Of a DNA stretch of 64,000 nucleotides, positions 17,185 to 27,075 are shown piece after piece. The notes beneath the pieces were generated by a model. That model had not been told where the DNA came from. It ran no database searches and saw nothing but the letters and a program-made list of their open reading frames with translations. Every line of letters starts with the position of its first letter. Position 1 is the first letter of the stretch. The DNA comes from Isosphaeraceae bacterium (GTDB lineage Bacteria > Planctomycetota > Planctomycetia > Isosphaerales > Isosphaeraceae): contig CBDAVP010000010.1 of assembly GCA_965201075.1 (NCBI GenBank), positions 62,001-126,000 on the forward strand, written 5' to 3'. The position numbers and the translations under genes are program-made.

Positions 17185-20004
17185 TTAGGCCTGGCGAATC
17201 CCCCGGCTCTGGAAGAACCCCTTGTAGTAGGCGGATTTGCTGAAATACTGAGGGGAGGTGAGCAGTACGGCCAACTCGCCTTCCTCCCCCTGGTTCAGCA
17301 CGAGGTTGGTGACGTAGTTCAACAGGTTGGCGTCGGGGTCGGTGGGGGGGCCGTTGACCAGGCCATTGCCGGTGCGGAGGATGCCCTGGCTTTCGTCGGG
17401 GATGTAGCGGAACAGGTCGGTGACGGCGACCGCGTTGGCGTGCTCGCTGGTGGCGAGCAAGGTGCCGACGAACGACGCTCGCGACAATCCGGAGTTGAGC
17501 CGCTGGACCCAGCCGGCCGCGTCGGAGGCGGCCGGTACGTAGTCGACGATGTCTCGGTAGACCGCCTGGACGTAGGACGTGTTGTTGCTGCCGTTGCGGG
17601 CGTAATACTCGTTGCTGGTGGTCAGGCCGAGCAGGATGGCGGAACGGCTGGAGTTGGCGAACCCGGCCAGCCCGCCGGCATCCGCCGCCCGGCCCAGCAG
17701 GATCGCGTACTCCTCGGCGATGAAGCGCGTCCGGGCTTCGGAACTGTTGATGATGGTCTGGGCGAACTGCTGGGTCGACAGCCCGCTGTTGAACCGCGAG
17801 AGCCACGAGGCGACCTCGTCGGTCGTGGCGTTTCGGTAGAGCAGGTCTCGGTAGACCGAGCGGACGAAACTGGCCGCGGTGTTGGTCGTGGCGTAGTTAC
17901 CGCCGCTGGAGAGGATGCTGGCCTCGATGTCCTGCTGGCGAGCATCGGCCCGGTAGTCGGCCAGGATCGCCTGGTAGGAGTCGGTGGCGATCGGCTGCCC
18001 TGGGAACGCCGTGCCGTAAACCGGCCCGAACGTGTGGGTGACGTTTTCGGGCGAGACAAGGAAGGCGTGGGAGACCGACGTCAACGGAGAGCCCGCCTGC
18101 ACCTGGGCGAGCCAGTAGGCCAGTCCCTGCGAGTCGGGGGCCCGGCCCAGGATGTCATTGTAGTAGCCGGTGATGATCCCCTGGGCGGTCCCGCCGTGGG
18201 CCGTGGCGTACTCCGGAGAGTTCAGCATGTTGGCCGCCTCGTCCTGGAGCGTCCCGCCCGTACCCAGGAAGTTCACGACGTAGGCCAGGCCCGAGGCGTC
18301 CGCCGTCCGCTTGAGGTAGCGGGTGTAAAGGGCGTTGATGTCGCGGCTCTGCCCCTCCAGGCTGTAGATCAGTTGTTGGGCCACGAGGGTCCGCGACTCG
18401 GAGTTGTTCATCAGCGCCGAGACGAAGGACTGGAACCCGGCGGCGTCGGGGCCCCGGCCCAGCAGGGTGACATACGCCTGGTTGACGTAGGCCTGCTCGA
18501 ATGGCAGCGATTTCGCTACCGCCACCCCGTTGGCCGAGCGCCGCTGCAACGGCCAGGGGGGCGTCAGACTGGTGGCCGTAAGTTGGTAGACTCCGACCTT
18601 GTCGGGCCGGTCGGGGTTGCCCAGCGCGTTCTCGACGAAGGCCAGTTGTAACCCCGTTGATCCGGTGAACTTGCCGATGGCCGGGGTGCCGATGACGGGC
18701 TCGGCGAGCTGGATCGTCCAGAGGGTGTTGCCGAAGCGGTCGAAGGCGGTTACCGAGAAGTGGTCGGTGGCGATGACGTCGGGGTGGCCGTCGCCATCGA
18801 CGTCGGCGATGATTGGCGAGGAGTAGACGTCGCCGTGGCCGCCGACGCCGTTGGGGATGATCTTGCGTCCCCCCGACCAGCCCGGGAGGTCCTGGCCCTG
18901 GGCGTTGATGACGTGGACGTAGCCGGCCAGGTCGGTGGCGATGACTTCCAACTGGCCATTGCCCAGGAGGTCGGCGGCGACCGGCGAGGCTTCAAACTCT
19001 CGGGCCTGAGAGTTGTCGGCCGAGTGGTAGGGCCAGCCGGGCAGGAGCTGGCCCAGGTAGTTCAGAGCGATCAACTGGTTGCCCGCGGCCCGGGCGCCTG
19101 GGTACGACTCGACGCCTCGGAGGTCGTCGGTCAGACCCGTGCCGACGACGATTTCGAGGTAGCCGTTGCCGTAGAGGTCGACCAGCGTCGGCGACGACCA
19201 GATTGCCTCGCCGGCAAAGTAACGGGACTTCAACGAGCCCTTATTGCTGAGGATGTTGACCCAGCCACCATCGGCGTAATTGGTGGTGATGGAGAGATTC
19301 GTCCGCAGGACGTGGGCGGTGCTATCGCTGCCGAAGACGACCTCGTCCTTGCCGTCGCGGTCGAGATCGCCGACGACGGCGCCGGACTCGATGGAGTCCT
19401 CGCCCCGGAATCGCCAGTCGATGCTGCCGTCGAGGTAGTAGGCGGTGACGAACTCGCCAAAGGAGGTGACGACGATCTCGACCTGTCCGTTGCCGTCGAG
19501 GTCTCCGGAGGCGAGGGGTCCCGTGACGCCCGCGAGGCCGTTGGGGCCGGTGTTGGGGTCAACGCCCGAGCCCTGGGGCCAGCCGGGCAGAATTTGACCG
19601 GTCTGGGCGTCCCAGCCGAAGACGCGGCCGTCCTCGAGGGTGGTGGGGTTGGCCTCGTCGCGTCCCAGGGCGGCGAAGATCGCCTTGCGGCCGTTGGGCA
19701 TCGTCACCACGATCGGCGTGGCCTTGAAGTTGGCCACGGCTCCGGTGTCGTATTCCTGATACCTGGTCGGGGCGCCGTTGGCGACGACGGTGTAGGCGAT
19801 CAAGCGGCCGCCGGAGGCCGAGACGATCATCTCATCCTTGCCGTCGCCGTTGAGGTCGGCGAAGACCGGCGAGGCGACGAACGGCGTATCGGTCCACGCC
19901 CCGTTGGTCGGCAACTGGATGGGTGATCCGGCGATCGCCGCCGGGGCGGTTGCCAGCAAGGCGCGCGGTTCGAGCGCTTCCGCGAGGAGACGACGGCGGG
20001 CCAT
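17185..20004 (-). CDS. Extracellular FG-GAP/VCBS beta-propeller protein with C-terminal DUF4214-like repeats
   Basis: EALEPRALLA motif, repeated DLNGDGKDE/DLDGNGQVE/DVDGDGHPD loops, and repeats of Y...LGR.PD..GL.YW......S.E. Confidence 0.85.
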   Translation of the reverse strand: MARRRLLAEALEPRALLATAPAAIAGSPIQLPTNGAWTDTPFVASPVFADLNGDGKDEMIVSASGGRLIAYTVVANGAPTRYQEYDTGAVANFKATPIVVTMPNGRKAIFAALGRDEANPTTLEDGRVFGWDAQTGQILPGWPQGSGVDPNTGPNGLAGVTGPLASGDLDGNGQVEIVVTSFGEFVTAYYLDGSIDWRFRGEDSIESGAVVGDLDRDGKDEVVFGSDSTAHVLRTNLSITTNYADGGWVNILSNKGSLKSRYFAGEAIWSSPTLVDLYGNGYLEIVVGTGLTDDLRGVESYPGARAAGNQLIALNYLGQLLPGWPYHSADNSQAREFEASPVAADLLGNGQLEVIATDLAGYVHVINAQGQDLPGWSGGRKIIPNGVGGHGDVYSSPIIADVDGDGHPDVIATDHFSVTAFDRFGNTLWTIQLAEPVIGTPAIGKFTGSTGLQLAFVENALGNPDRPDKVGVYQLTATSLTPPWPLQRRSANGVAVAKSLPFEQAYVNQAYVTLLGRGPDAAGFQSFVSALMNNSESRTLVAQQLIYSLEGQSRDINALYTRYLKRTADASGLAYVVNFLGTGGTLQDEAANMLNSPEYATAHGGTAQGIITGYYNDILGRAPDSQGLAYWLAQVQAGSPLTSVSHAFLVSPENVTHTFGPVYGTAFPGQPIATDSYQAILADYRADARQQDIEASILSSGGNYATTNTAASFVRSVYRDLLYRNATTDEVASWLSRFNSGLSTQQFAQTIINSSEARTRFIAEEYAILLGRAADAGGLAGFANSSRSAILLGLTTSNEYYARNGSNNTSYVQAVYRDIVDYVPAASDAAGWVQRLNSGLSRASFVGTLLATSEHANAVAVTDLFRYIPDESQGILRTGNGLVNGPPTDPDANLLNYVTNLVLNQGEEGELAVLLTSPQYFSKSAYYKGFFQSRGIRQA

Positions 20005-20182
20005 GTTGTCGATCCTGAGGGGGACGGACAGCGGGGGAGCATTCCAAATGTAGGACTTGCGCGGGCTCCTGACAACCAATTATGAGTAAGCTATTTTAAG
20101 CGGCTGTTAAAACGCCACCTGGTGATGCGCGGCGAGGAGTCGCGCGTCACCAGGGTCGGAATCGGGAACATTGAGGAGAGGG

Positions 20183-21064
20183 TCAGTTCTGGGGTGGGGT
20201 GGGGGACCGGCGGACCTTCCATTGGAGATCGAAACCGCCGAGGCGGACCGCGCCGTCCCGGAGGACCCGCTTGAGGGATCGCCGCCAGGCGGGGCCCGCG
20301 AAGGACGAGGCGGGGCCTCCGGCCTTGTGGGCCACGACGACCTGGCTTTTGGGGAGGACCTGGTCGAGTTGGCGGCGGATGGTGTCGCCGCCGGGCGCGG
20401 CCATCAAAGCGCGGAAGGTGGTGTCCCAGGCGTTGAGGAGGGTCGAATCCTCGGGGGCGGGCTCGTACTTGTGTTCCATGCCCAGCGCCATCCGACAGAA
20501 CCAGTGCATGGACCAGTAGATGCCGCAGTTGTGGCGGGCCTCGATCTTCAAGCCGGCGGCCCGGCAAAGCTGGTCGAGGTGTTCGTGCTGGAAGACGCGG
20601 ATGTGCAGCGGCTTTTGCCAGTACCAGTCCGGCGCGACGGACTTCAATACCGATTCGGAGGCGGGGTCGGGCACCGACAGGAGGTAGCGAGCGCCAGGCT
20701 TGCCGATGCGGACCAGTTCGGCCAGGAATCGGGCGGGGTCGTCGACGTGTTCCAGGACCTCGGTACAGATGACGACCGAGGCGGTGGCGTTGGGCAAGGG
20801 GATCGGGTCGGCGTCGCTGACGATTCCTCGGAAGGACCGGGCGGGCACGCCGAGCATCGCGTGGTTGGCCCGCTCGATGAGGATTGGCTCCAGGTCGATG
20901 CCAATGACCTCGGCGCCGCGGTGCCCGGCGTAGACGCAGACGACTCCCTCGCCGCAGCCGACGTCGACGACGGTGTCGTCGTCGTGGATCTCGAAGCCCG
21001 GGACGTTGATCTGGTCGGGCTTGGGCGGCGCCTCGGCCCCGCCCCGCGCCATGGCTTGGGTCAT
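20183..21064 (-). CDS. Class I SAM-dependent methyltransferase
   Basis: VVDVGCGEG motif I, CTEVLEHVDDP, LVRIGKPG. Confidence 0.9.
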   Translation of the reverse strand: MTQAMARGGAEAPPKPDQINVPGFEIHDDDTVVDVGCGEGVVCVYAGHRGAEVIGIDLEPILIERANHAMLGVPARSFRGIVSDADPIPLPNATASVVICTEVLEHVDDPARFLAELVRIGKPGARYLLSVPDPASESVLKSVAPDWYWQKPLHIRVFQHEHLDQLCRAAGLKIEARHNCGIYWSMHWFCRMALGMEHKYEPAPEDSTLLNAWDTTFRALMAAPGGDTIRRQLDQVLPKSQVVVAHKAGGPASSFAGPAWRRSLKRVLRDGAVRLGGFDLQWKVRRSPTPPQN

Positions 21065-21105
21065 CGCTCGGGATCTCCGTGAAGGTCAGGGAAACGGGGT
21101 GGGCG

Positions 21106-22608
21106 TCAGGCCGCGCGGCCGTCGGCCCGGGCTCGGTCGGGCAGCATCGCCAGGGCGTGGGCCAGGGCCTCGGCCACGACGGGGGCGCCGGCGTAGCCGG
21201 CGACTCGCCGACGGGCCGCTCGGGCTTTCTCGAAGTAGGCGGTGGGGTCGTCGTGGGCGAGGGCGGCACTGGCTCGGTACTGGTCGCGGATGTCGGACCA
21301 GACCATGCGGGCCCAGGTGGTTTCGATCCGTCGTTCGGGGTCGTGGGGCCAGCAGGTCGGCTCGGCGTGGCCCCGCAGCGGGAACCCGACCGAGGCGTCG
21401 ATGTAGTCGGCCATCGAGGTATGCGTCGGCGCCAGGACGGGGCGGCCCGCGGCCATTGCCTGCTGCAACGGCATGCAGGCCCCCTCGGCGCGGCTGGTGT
21501 TGATGTAGTAGGTGGAGGCCTCGAACAGGGCCTTCATGCCGGCCTCGTCGAGGAAGTCGGCCACCACGGCCACGCGGCAGGCGTGGCGGATGCCCATTCC
21601 CCGGTAGGCGTGTCGCAGGTGGTTGAACTCGTGGACTTCCCTGGTTGGCGAGGTGTTCAGCTTCAGGACCAAGGTCACGTCGGGCCGGTCCTGGAAGGCC
21701 AGGAGGAAGGCCGAGAGCATGTCGTGCTGGTTCTTGCGAGGGTCGCTGGCGTTGAAGATGCTGGTGTAGGTCAAGCCTTGAAGGCGCAAGGTCGAGGCCG
21801 GGACGCGGGGACGCTCGGGCGGCGGCGGCGGGGGCCTGCGAAGGACCTTGGCCTTGGCCAGTCCCTTGGCTTGGCCGAGTTTCTCCTGGGCCTCGTGGCT
21901 GAGCCAGCGACGGACGTGGCCCTGATAGCCGGCCCTGGCCCTTCGCAGGACCGCCCTGGGGCCCAGGCCCTTCGGCGAGGTCGGCCCGGCGGGGGATTCG
22001 GCACCCTCGGGCGTTCCCAGGTCGGAGCCGTCCCAGATTTCGTGACGATAGTGAAATTCGTGGACGGCCTTGGGGTCCCACTCGGGCGCGTCGAAGTAGG
22101 CCGGGGAGAGGGGGATGGGCATCATCGCCACGGGCCGGCGGATGCCGACGGCTCGTAGACTGCGCTCGGTGAACGTGCAGGGGGCCAGGATCAGGTCGGC
22201 GGCGTTGCAGACGCGCAGCCAGTTGGTGCGGATGTCGTGGACGAAGTCGCGGTTGGGGATGTCGGGAAATTCCCAGAACGGTAGCAGGATGTTGGGCAAG
22301 GCCGGCGAAAGGTAGGCGTCATGCGGTGGGTGGACGGACAGGTGAACCGGCCGGTAGCCCTGAGCCTCGGCCTTCGCCGCGAGGAACGGCAGGCGGGTTT
22401 CGGGCTGGTCGACCAGTTGCCAGGTGCCGAAGCGTTCCAGGACCGGGGCGAGTTCCTTGACCGCGAAGAAGTAGGAGTAGTTGGCCGAGCCCAGGGTCGC
22501 GCCGATGTTGCGGGCGCAACTGGTGGTGCCCACCAGGAAGGCGAAGGGCCGTTCCGACAGGGGAGCGCCTGGTTTTGGCGTCGGCGGTGGGGGACTGGTC
22601 GTGGTCAT
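21106..22608 (-). CDS. GT-B glycosyltransferase (GT4-like), tandem paralog
   Basis: ANYSYFF, FWEFPDIP, FNASDPRKN, SRAEGACMPLQQAMAAG. GGAGG RBS. Confidence 0.85.
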   Translation of the reverse strand: MTTTSPPPPTPKPGAPLSERPFAFLVGTTSCARNIGATLGSANYSYFFAVKELAPVLERFGTWQLVDQPETRLPFLAAKAEAQGYRPVHLSVHPPHDAYLSPALPNILLPFWEFPDIPNRDFVHDIRTNWLRVCNAADLILAPCTFTERSLRAVGIRRPVAMMPIPLSPAYFDAPEWDPKAVHEFHYRHEIWDGSDLGTPEGAESPAGPTSPKGLGPRAVLRRARAGYQGHVRRWLSHEAQEKLGQAKGLAKAKVLRRPPPPPPERPRVPASTLRLQGLTYTSIFNASDPRKNQHDMLSAFLLAFQDRPDVTLVLKLNTSPTREVHEFNHLRHAYRGMGIRHACRVAVVADFLDEAGMKALFEASTYYINTSRAEGACMPLQQAMAAGRPVLAPTHTSMADYIDASVGFPLRGHAEPTCWPHDPERRIETTWARMVWSDIRDQYRASAALAHDDPTAYFEKARAARRRVAGYAGAPVVAEALAHALAMLPDRARADGRAA

Positions 22609-22671
22609 CAACGACCTCCGGGGAAGAAGGGTCCGGCACTCATTCGTTCGCGTCCGGTCCGGTCCGGTCGT

Positions 22672-24189
22672 TCAGGCGGCCCTCGACGACGGGCGAGCGT
22701 CGTCCGCTTCCAGCAGCGTGAGGGCCGTTTCCAGCTCGCGGGCCGACACTGCCTGGGAGGAATAGTCGTTGATCCGTCGACGGGCCGCCTCGGCGAGGGC
22801 CCGGTAGCGGGGCAGGTCGTGGTCGACGGTCGAGGCGCTGTCGAGGAACTGGTCGCGGATGTCGGACCAGATCATGCGGTGCCAGGAGGTTTCGAACCGC
22901 CGCTCGGGGTCGTGCGGCCAGAAGGCCGGCTCGGCGTGGCTGCGCAGGGGGAAGCCGACCGAGTCGTCCATGTAGTCGGCCATCGAGGTATGAGTCGGCG
23001 CCAGGGCCGGGCGACCGGCGGCCATTGCCTGCTGGAGCGGCATGCACGCCCCCTCGGCCCGGCTGGTGTTGACGTAGAAGGTTGACGCCGCGAGCAGGTC
23101 GAGCATCCCCGCCTCGTCGAGGAAGTCGGCCACCACCACGACTCGGCACTGGTGATCGATGCCGAGGCCCCGGTGGAAGTCCCGCAGGACGTTGAACTCG
23201 ATCACTTCCTTGGCCGGGTGGGTGTTCAGCTTCAGAACCAGAGTGACGTCGGGCCGGTCGCGGAAGGCGATCAAAAAGGCCGTGAGCATGTCTTCCTGGT
23301 TCTTGCGGTTGTCGCTGGCGTTGAAGATGCTGGTGTAGACGAGTCCCTTCAAGGTGAGCGGGGCCACCGGCACCCTCGGCGGCTCAGCCCGCCCGGCCGC
23401 GGCTTGAGAGCGCCTGAGGACGGTCGCCTTCGCCGCGGTTTTGACCCGGGCGACCCGCTCGATCGCCTCGTGACTGAGCCACCGTCGGAAATAGCGGTGG
23501 TAGCCGAGGCGGACCTTGTGATAGGCGAACCTCGCCAGCCGCAGCGGCGCCGGTCTCCGGGGGGGTGTCGGGGCGTGGGTCGGTTTCGGGTTCGAGGGAC
23601 GTTCCGCTTCCGAGGTGGGCGGACCGCCCCAGGACTCGTGATGGTAGAGGAACGAGTGGGAGGCGTTGGGGTTCCAGTCTGGCAGGTCGAAGTAGGCCGG
23701 GGCCAGGGGGACCGGGACCATCGCGATTGGCCGGCGGACGCCGGCGTCTCGGAGGGCGTCGGCGGTGAAGGCGCAGGGGGCGAGGATCAGGTCGACGGCG
23801 TTACAGATGCGCTGCCAGTTGGCCCGCGTGTCGTGGCCGAAGTCTCGGCTGGGGATGTCGGGAAATTCCCAGAACGGCAGGAGGATGGTCGGCAAGGCCG
23901 TCGTGACGTAGGCGTCGTGGGGCGGGTTGACCGACAGGTGGATCGGCCGGAAGCCCTCGGCCTCGGCCCTTGCGGCCAGGTAGGGCAGGCGGCTTTCGGG
24001 AAAGTCCACCAGTTCCCAGTGGCCGAAGCGTTCGAGGACCGGGATCAAGGCCTTGACAGCGAAGAAGTAGGAATAATTCGCCTTGCCCAGCGTGCCGCGG
24101 ATGTCCCGGGCGCAGCCGGTGGTGGCGACCAGGAATTTGATCGGCCGGACGGGGCGCGTCGGGGTCGGGAACGGGCTTATCGAGGACAT
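22672..24189 (-). CDS. GT-B glycosyltransferase (GT4-like), tandem paralog
   Basis: Same motifs as 21106-22608, with visibly high identity to it. Confidence 0.85.
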   Translation of the reverse strand: MSSISPFPTPTRPVRPIKFLVATTGCARDIRGTLGKANYSYFFAVKALIPVLERFGHWELVDFPESRLPYLAARAEAEGFRPIHLSVNPPHDAYVTTALPTILLPFWEFPDIPSRDFGHDTRANWQRICNAVDLILAPCAFTADALRDAGVRRPIAMVPVPLAPAYFDLPDWNPNASHSFLYHHESWGGPPTSEAERPSNPKPTHAPTPPRRPAPLRLARFAYHKVRLGYHRYFRRWLSHEAIERVARVKTAAKATVLRRSQAAAGRAEPPRVPVAPLTLKGLVYTSIFNASDNRKNQEDMLTAFLIAFRDRPDVTLVLKLNTHPAKEVIEFNVLRDFHRGLGIDHQCRVVVVADFLDEAGMLDLLAASTFYVNTSRAEGACMPLQQAMAAGRPALAPTHTSMADYMDDSVGFPLRSHAEPAFWPHDPERRFETSWHRMIWSDIRDQFLDSASTVDHDLPRYRALAEAARRRINDYSSQAVSARELETALTLLEADDARPSSRAA

Positions 24190-24515
24190 CCATTTCCTCC
24201 GAAGGGGCGCGGCCGGGCCGTGGGAGGACCCGGGCGCGCCCGGACCATACCGGGGGGCTTCCGACCCGTCAAGCTCGGCCGAGTGGACCGGCCGATTGAT
24301 TGCCCAGGGGGTTCTGGTAGGATGGGCCGCTGAAGATCGTCGTGAGTGCCGGGCGCTGGGGCCCGCGACTGACGCGGCGACGCAACCTCCGGGACTTTGT
24401 GGATCGGCGGACCCGGCCAGGTCGGCCCGCGTCGTCCCCCCCGGCGCGTCGGAAGCCGAGCAGCAGCGGTCCGGCGCCGACGGTCGGCGGTCGTGGCGGA
24501 AAGGGTGGACGCGCG

Positions 24516-26084
24516 GTGCGACCGGAGGCCATTGGGGTGCTGTGCGGCGTGTTCGCCGGCCTGCTTGTCGGCGGGCTGGGCGCGGTCGCGGCCCTCCGCC
24601 TGCTGGGCCGTCGAGGGCTGGGGCTAGCGACCAGTCGCGCCGAGGTGCTGCTGGCCGAGGCCCGCGACCGCGCCGAGGCCCTGGTCAAGGAGGCCGACCT
24701 TCACGCCAAGGAAGAGGCGATCCGCCGCCGTGAGGCCCTCGAACGCGAGGCCGACGACTCTCGCCGCGCCGTTCGCGATCAGGAACGTCGCATCGAGAAG
24801 CGCAACGACCTGCTCGACGAAAAGCTCGGCCACCTGCACGCCAAGGAACGCGACCTGGACGACACCCGCCGGGCCCTGGCCACCAGCCAGGAGGGGCTGG
24901 ACCGTCGCCTCGTCGAGGTCGAACAGGCGCTGGACCAGCATCGCCAGACTCTCCACCGACTGGCCGGGCTTGGCCCCGAGGAGGCGCGTTCCACTCTTTT
25001 GCGACGGGTTGAGGAAGAGTTGGGCCACGAGATCGGCGGTTTGATCCTCCGCCACGACCAGAGCTTGCGAGAGTCGGCCCGGGTCAAGGCCCGAGAGATC
25101 CTGGCCACGGCGATCCAGCGGTTCGCCGCGGCCCACACCGCCGAGACCACCACCAGCGTCGTCGATATTCCCACCGACGACATGAAGGGACGGATCATCG
25201 GCCGGGAGGGGCGCAACATCCGGGCGTTTGAGAAGGCCACTGGCGTCGACGTCATCGTGGACGATACGCCCGGGGTCGTCATCGTCTCTTGCTTTGACAA
25301 CGTGCGCCGGGAGACCGCCAAGCTGTCCTTGGAAAAGCTCATTCTGGACGGACGAATTCACCCGGCGCGGATCGAGGAGGTCGTGGCCGAGACGGTCGAG
25401 GAGATGGACGTCCACATCCGTTTGCTTGGCCAGAAGGCGGCGCAGGAGGCGAACGTCGCGGGCCTTCATGAGAAGCTGCACGACTACCTGGGCCGCTTGA
25501 AGTTTCGTACCAGCTACTCGCAAAACGTCTTGCAACACTCGATCGAGGTGGCGTACCTGACCAGCATGATGGCCGAGGAGATTGGCCTGGATGGCGCTTT
25601 GGCGAGGCGCTGCGGGCTGCTGCACGACATCGGCAAGGCCGCCGACCATGAGATGGAGGGGGGCCACCCAGCCATCGGGGCCGAGTTGACCCGGCGGTTT
25701 GGCGAGGGGCGCGAGGTCGTCCACGCGGCTCTGGGGCACCACGACGACCTTCGGCCCGAGACGCCTTATACGGTGCTGGTCGCCGCGGCCGACGCGATTA
25801 GCGCCAGTCGCCCCGGCGCCCGCCGAGAGTCGTTGGAAAAGTACGTCCGCCGCCTGGAGGAACTGGAAGCGTTGATCCACGGCTTCCCCGGGGTCGACCA
25901 GGCGTATGCGATCCAGGCCGGTCGCGAGGTGCGCGTGCTGGTCGACAGCGGGCAGGTTTCCGACGAAGCCGCCGCCAAGCTCGCCCGCGACATCGCCCGG
26001 GCGATCCAGGACCAGTTGACCTACCCGGGCGAGGTCAAGGTCACCGTGCTGAGAGAGACCCGCAACGTCGAGTTCGCCCGCTGA
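24516..26084 (+). CDS. rny: Ribonuclease Y
   Basis: N-terminal TM helix, coiled coil, KH domain [16 protein letters not shown] domain [27 protein letters not shown]. Confidence 0.96.
   Translation: MRPEAIGVLCGVFAGLLVGGLGAVAALRLLGRRGLGLATSRAEVLLAEARDRAEALVKEADLHAKEEAIRRREALEREADDSRRAVRDQERRIEKRNDLLDEKLGHLHAKERDLDDTRRALATSQEGLDRRLVEVEQALDQHRQTLHRLAGLGPEEARSTLLRRVEEELGHEIGGLILRHDQSLRESARVKAREILATAIQRFAAAHTAETTTSVVDIPTDDMKGRIIGREGRNIRAFEKATGVDVIVDDTPGVVIVSCFDNVRRETAKLSLEKLILDGRIHPARIEEVVAETVEEMDVHIRLLGQKAAQEANVAGLHEKLHDYLGRLKFRTSYSQNVLQHSIEVAYLTSMMAEEIGLDGALARRCGLLHDIGKAADHEMEGGHPAIGAELTRRFGEGREVVHAALGHHDDLRPETPYTVLVAAADAISASRPGARRESLEKYVRRLEELEALIHGFPGVDQAYAIQAGREVRVLVDSGQVSDEAAAKLARDIARAIQDQLTYPGEVKVTVLRETRNVEFAR
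25986..26084 (+). repeat. Direct repeat copy 1 (last 99 bp of rny)
   Basis: 95/99 identical to 26890-26988. Confidence 0.95.
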
Positions 26085-26110
26085 TCGGATCCACGCCAGC
26101 GGAAGGGCTG

Positions 26111-26563
26111 TCAGTCGACATGGAACAGGCTGGCCCCGCTGGCCCGGGCGGCGGTTTTGAGCTTTTCATCGAGCGAAGCCAGCGGCAAGCCCCGCCTCAA
26201 GGCGAGTTCCAGGTAGGCCGCATCGTAGCTGGTCAATTGATGGGCGCGAGCGAGGCTTAGCGTGTCGGATAAGGCATGTAGATGGGTGACGTCGTCAGTC
26301 GTGATCGGCATGGCGGCGAGCGAGGCCAGGAAGTGAGCGGCCTGGGCCTGGGTGGATCGCTTGCGGCGCTCTCCCAAGACCAGAAGATTAGCAACCTCCA
26401 GGTGCCAAAGCTGTGGCAAGTAGGCCGTCGTGCTGGCGAGGTGCCGGGCCACCTCGTCGGCATAGTCGTCGCTTTCGTCGTCGAAATACCAGGCGCCGAC
26501 GATGGAGCAATCCAGCACCAGCCCCGTGAGCGGGCGTGCGGCGACCCCCTTCTTTCGGCTCAA
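26111..26563 (-). CDS. vapC: VapC/PIN-domain toxin
   Basis: LVLDCS, LWHLEVAN, LTSYDAAYLELA, LASLD. TTG start overlaps the antitoxin stop. Confidence 0.9.
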   Translation of the reverse strand: MSRKKGVAARPLTGLVLDCSIVGAWYFDDESDDYADEVARHLASTTAYLPQLWHLEVANLLVLGERRKRSTQAQAAHFLASLAAMPITTDDVTHLHALSDTLSLARAHQLTSYDAAYLELALRRGLPLASLDEKLKTAARASGASLFHVD

Positions 26564-26808
26564 CGCCTGCCCTCCTCGATCAACGCCTTGACGGTCAACC
26601 GGCCGCCGAGGGTGGGGCCGTGCTGCTTGCGATGGGCGATCATCGCCTCAACGGCCTCGCTCACGGCCTGGCGGTCGGCGGCCCGGGCCGGGACGAGCCG
26701 GGCGACGGGCTTGCCGCGTTTGGTGATGGTGATGGTTTCGCCCTTCTCCACCTCGTCGAGCAATCTGGGCAGGTGAGTCTTGGCTTCGTAGGAGCCGACG
26801 GATTTCAT
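26560..26808 (-). CDS. Phd/YefM family antitoxin
   Basis: YEAKTHLPRLLDEVEKGETITITKRGKPVARLVP. GGAGG RBS. Confidence 0.92.
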   Translation of the reverse strand: MKSVGSYEAKTHLPRLLDEVEKGETITITKRGKPVARLVPARAADRQAVSEAVEAMIAHRKQHGPTLGGRLTVKALIEEGRR

Positions 26809-26822
26809 GAGTTGCCTCCGAG

Positions 26823-26870
26823 TTGACCGGTCTAGTAGGCTAGTCTACTCCGGACGTGACGGTGTGCCAA
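26823..26870 (-). promoter_or_regulatory. Sigma70-type promoter with tandem palindromic operators for the TA operon
   Basis: Minus strand TTGGCA-N17-TAGACT. Two near-palindromes TAGACTAGCCTA and TAGACCGGTCAA lie 13 bp apart and overlap -10/+1. Confidence 0.7.
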
Positions 26871-26889
26871 GCGGAGGCCCCGTGGCCCG

Positions 26890-26988
26890 CGCGACCTCGC
26901 CCGGGCGATCCAGGACCAGCTCACCTGCCCGGGCGAGGTCAAGGTCACCGTGCTGAGAGAGACCCGCAACGTCGAGTTCGCCCGCTGA
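26890..26988 (+). repeat. Direct repeat copy 2 (duplicated rny 3' end, att-like remnant)
   Basis: Matches 25986-26084 with 4 substitutions. The last 61 bp are identical and include the TGA. Confidence 0.95.
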
Positions 26989-27075
26989 ACCGCAACCCGG
27001 CGGCTCCTTGCGTTTCGACCGGCCGTCTGGCATCCCTCGGGGTTCACACACCCTCGACACCCTGGGGCTGATCGA

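Noticed and set aside
15203..17806. Long antisense ORFs (867 aa here; also 27127-29610, 37613-39598, 43715-45577, 50985-53135)
   Set aside because: They are shadows of real genes on the opposite strand in GC-rich DNA and have no recognisable motifs.
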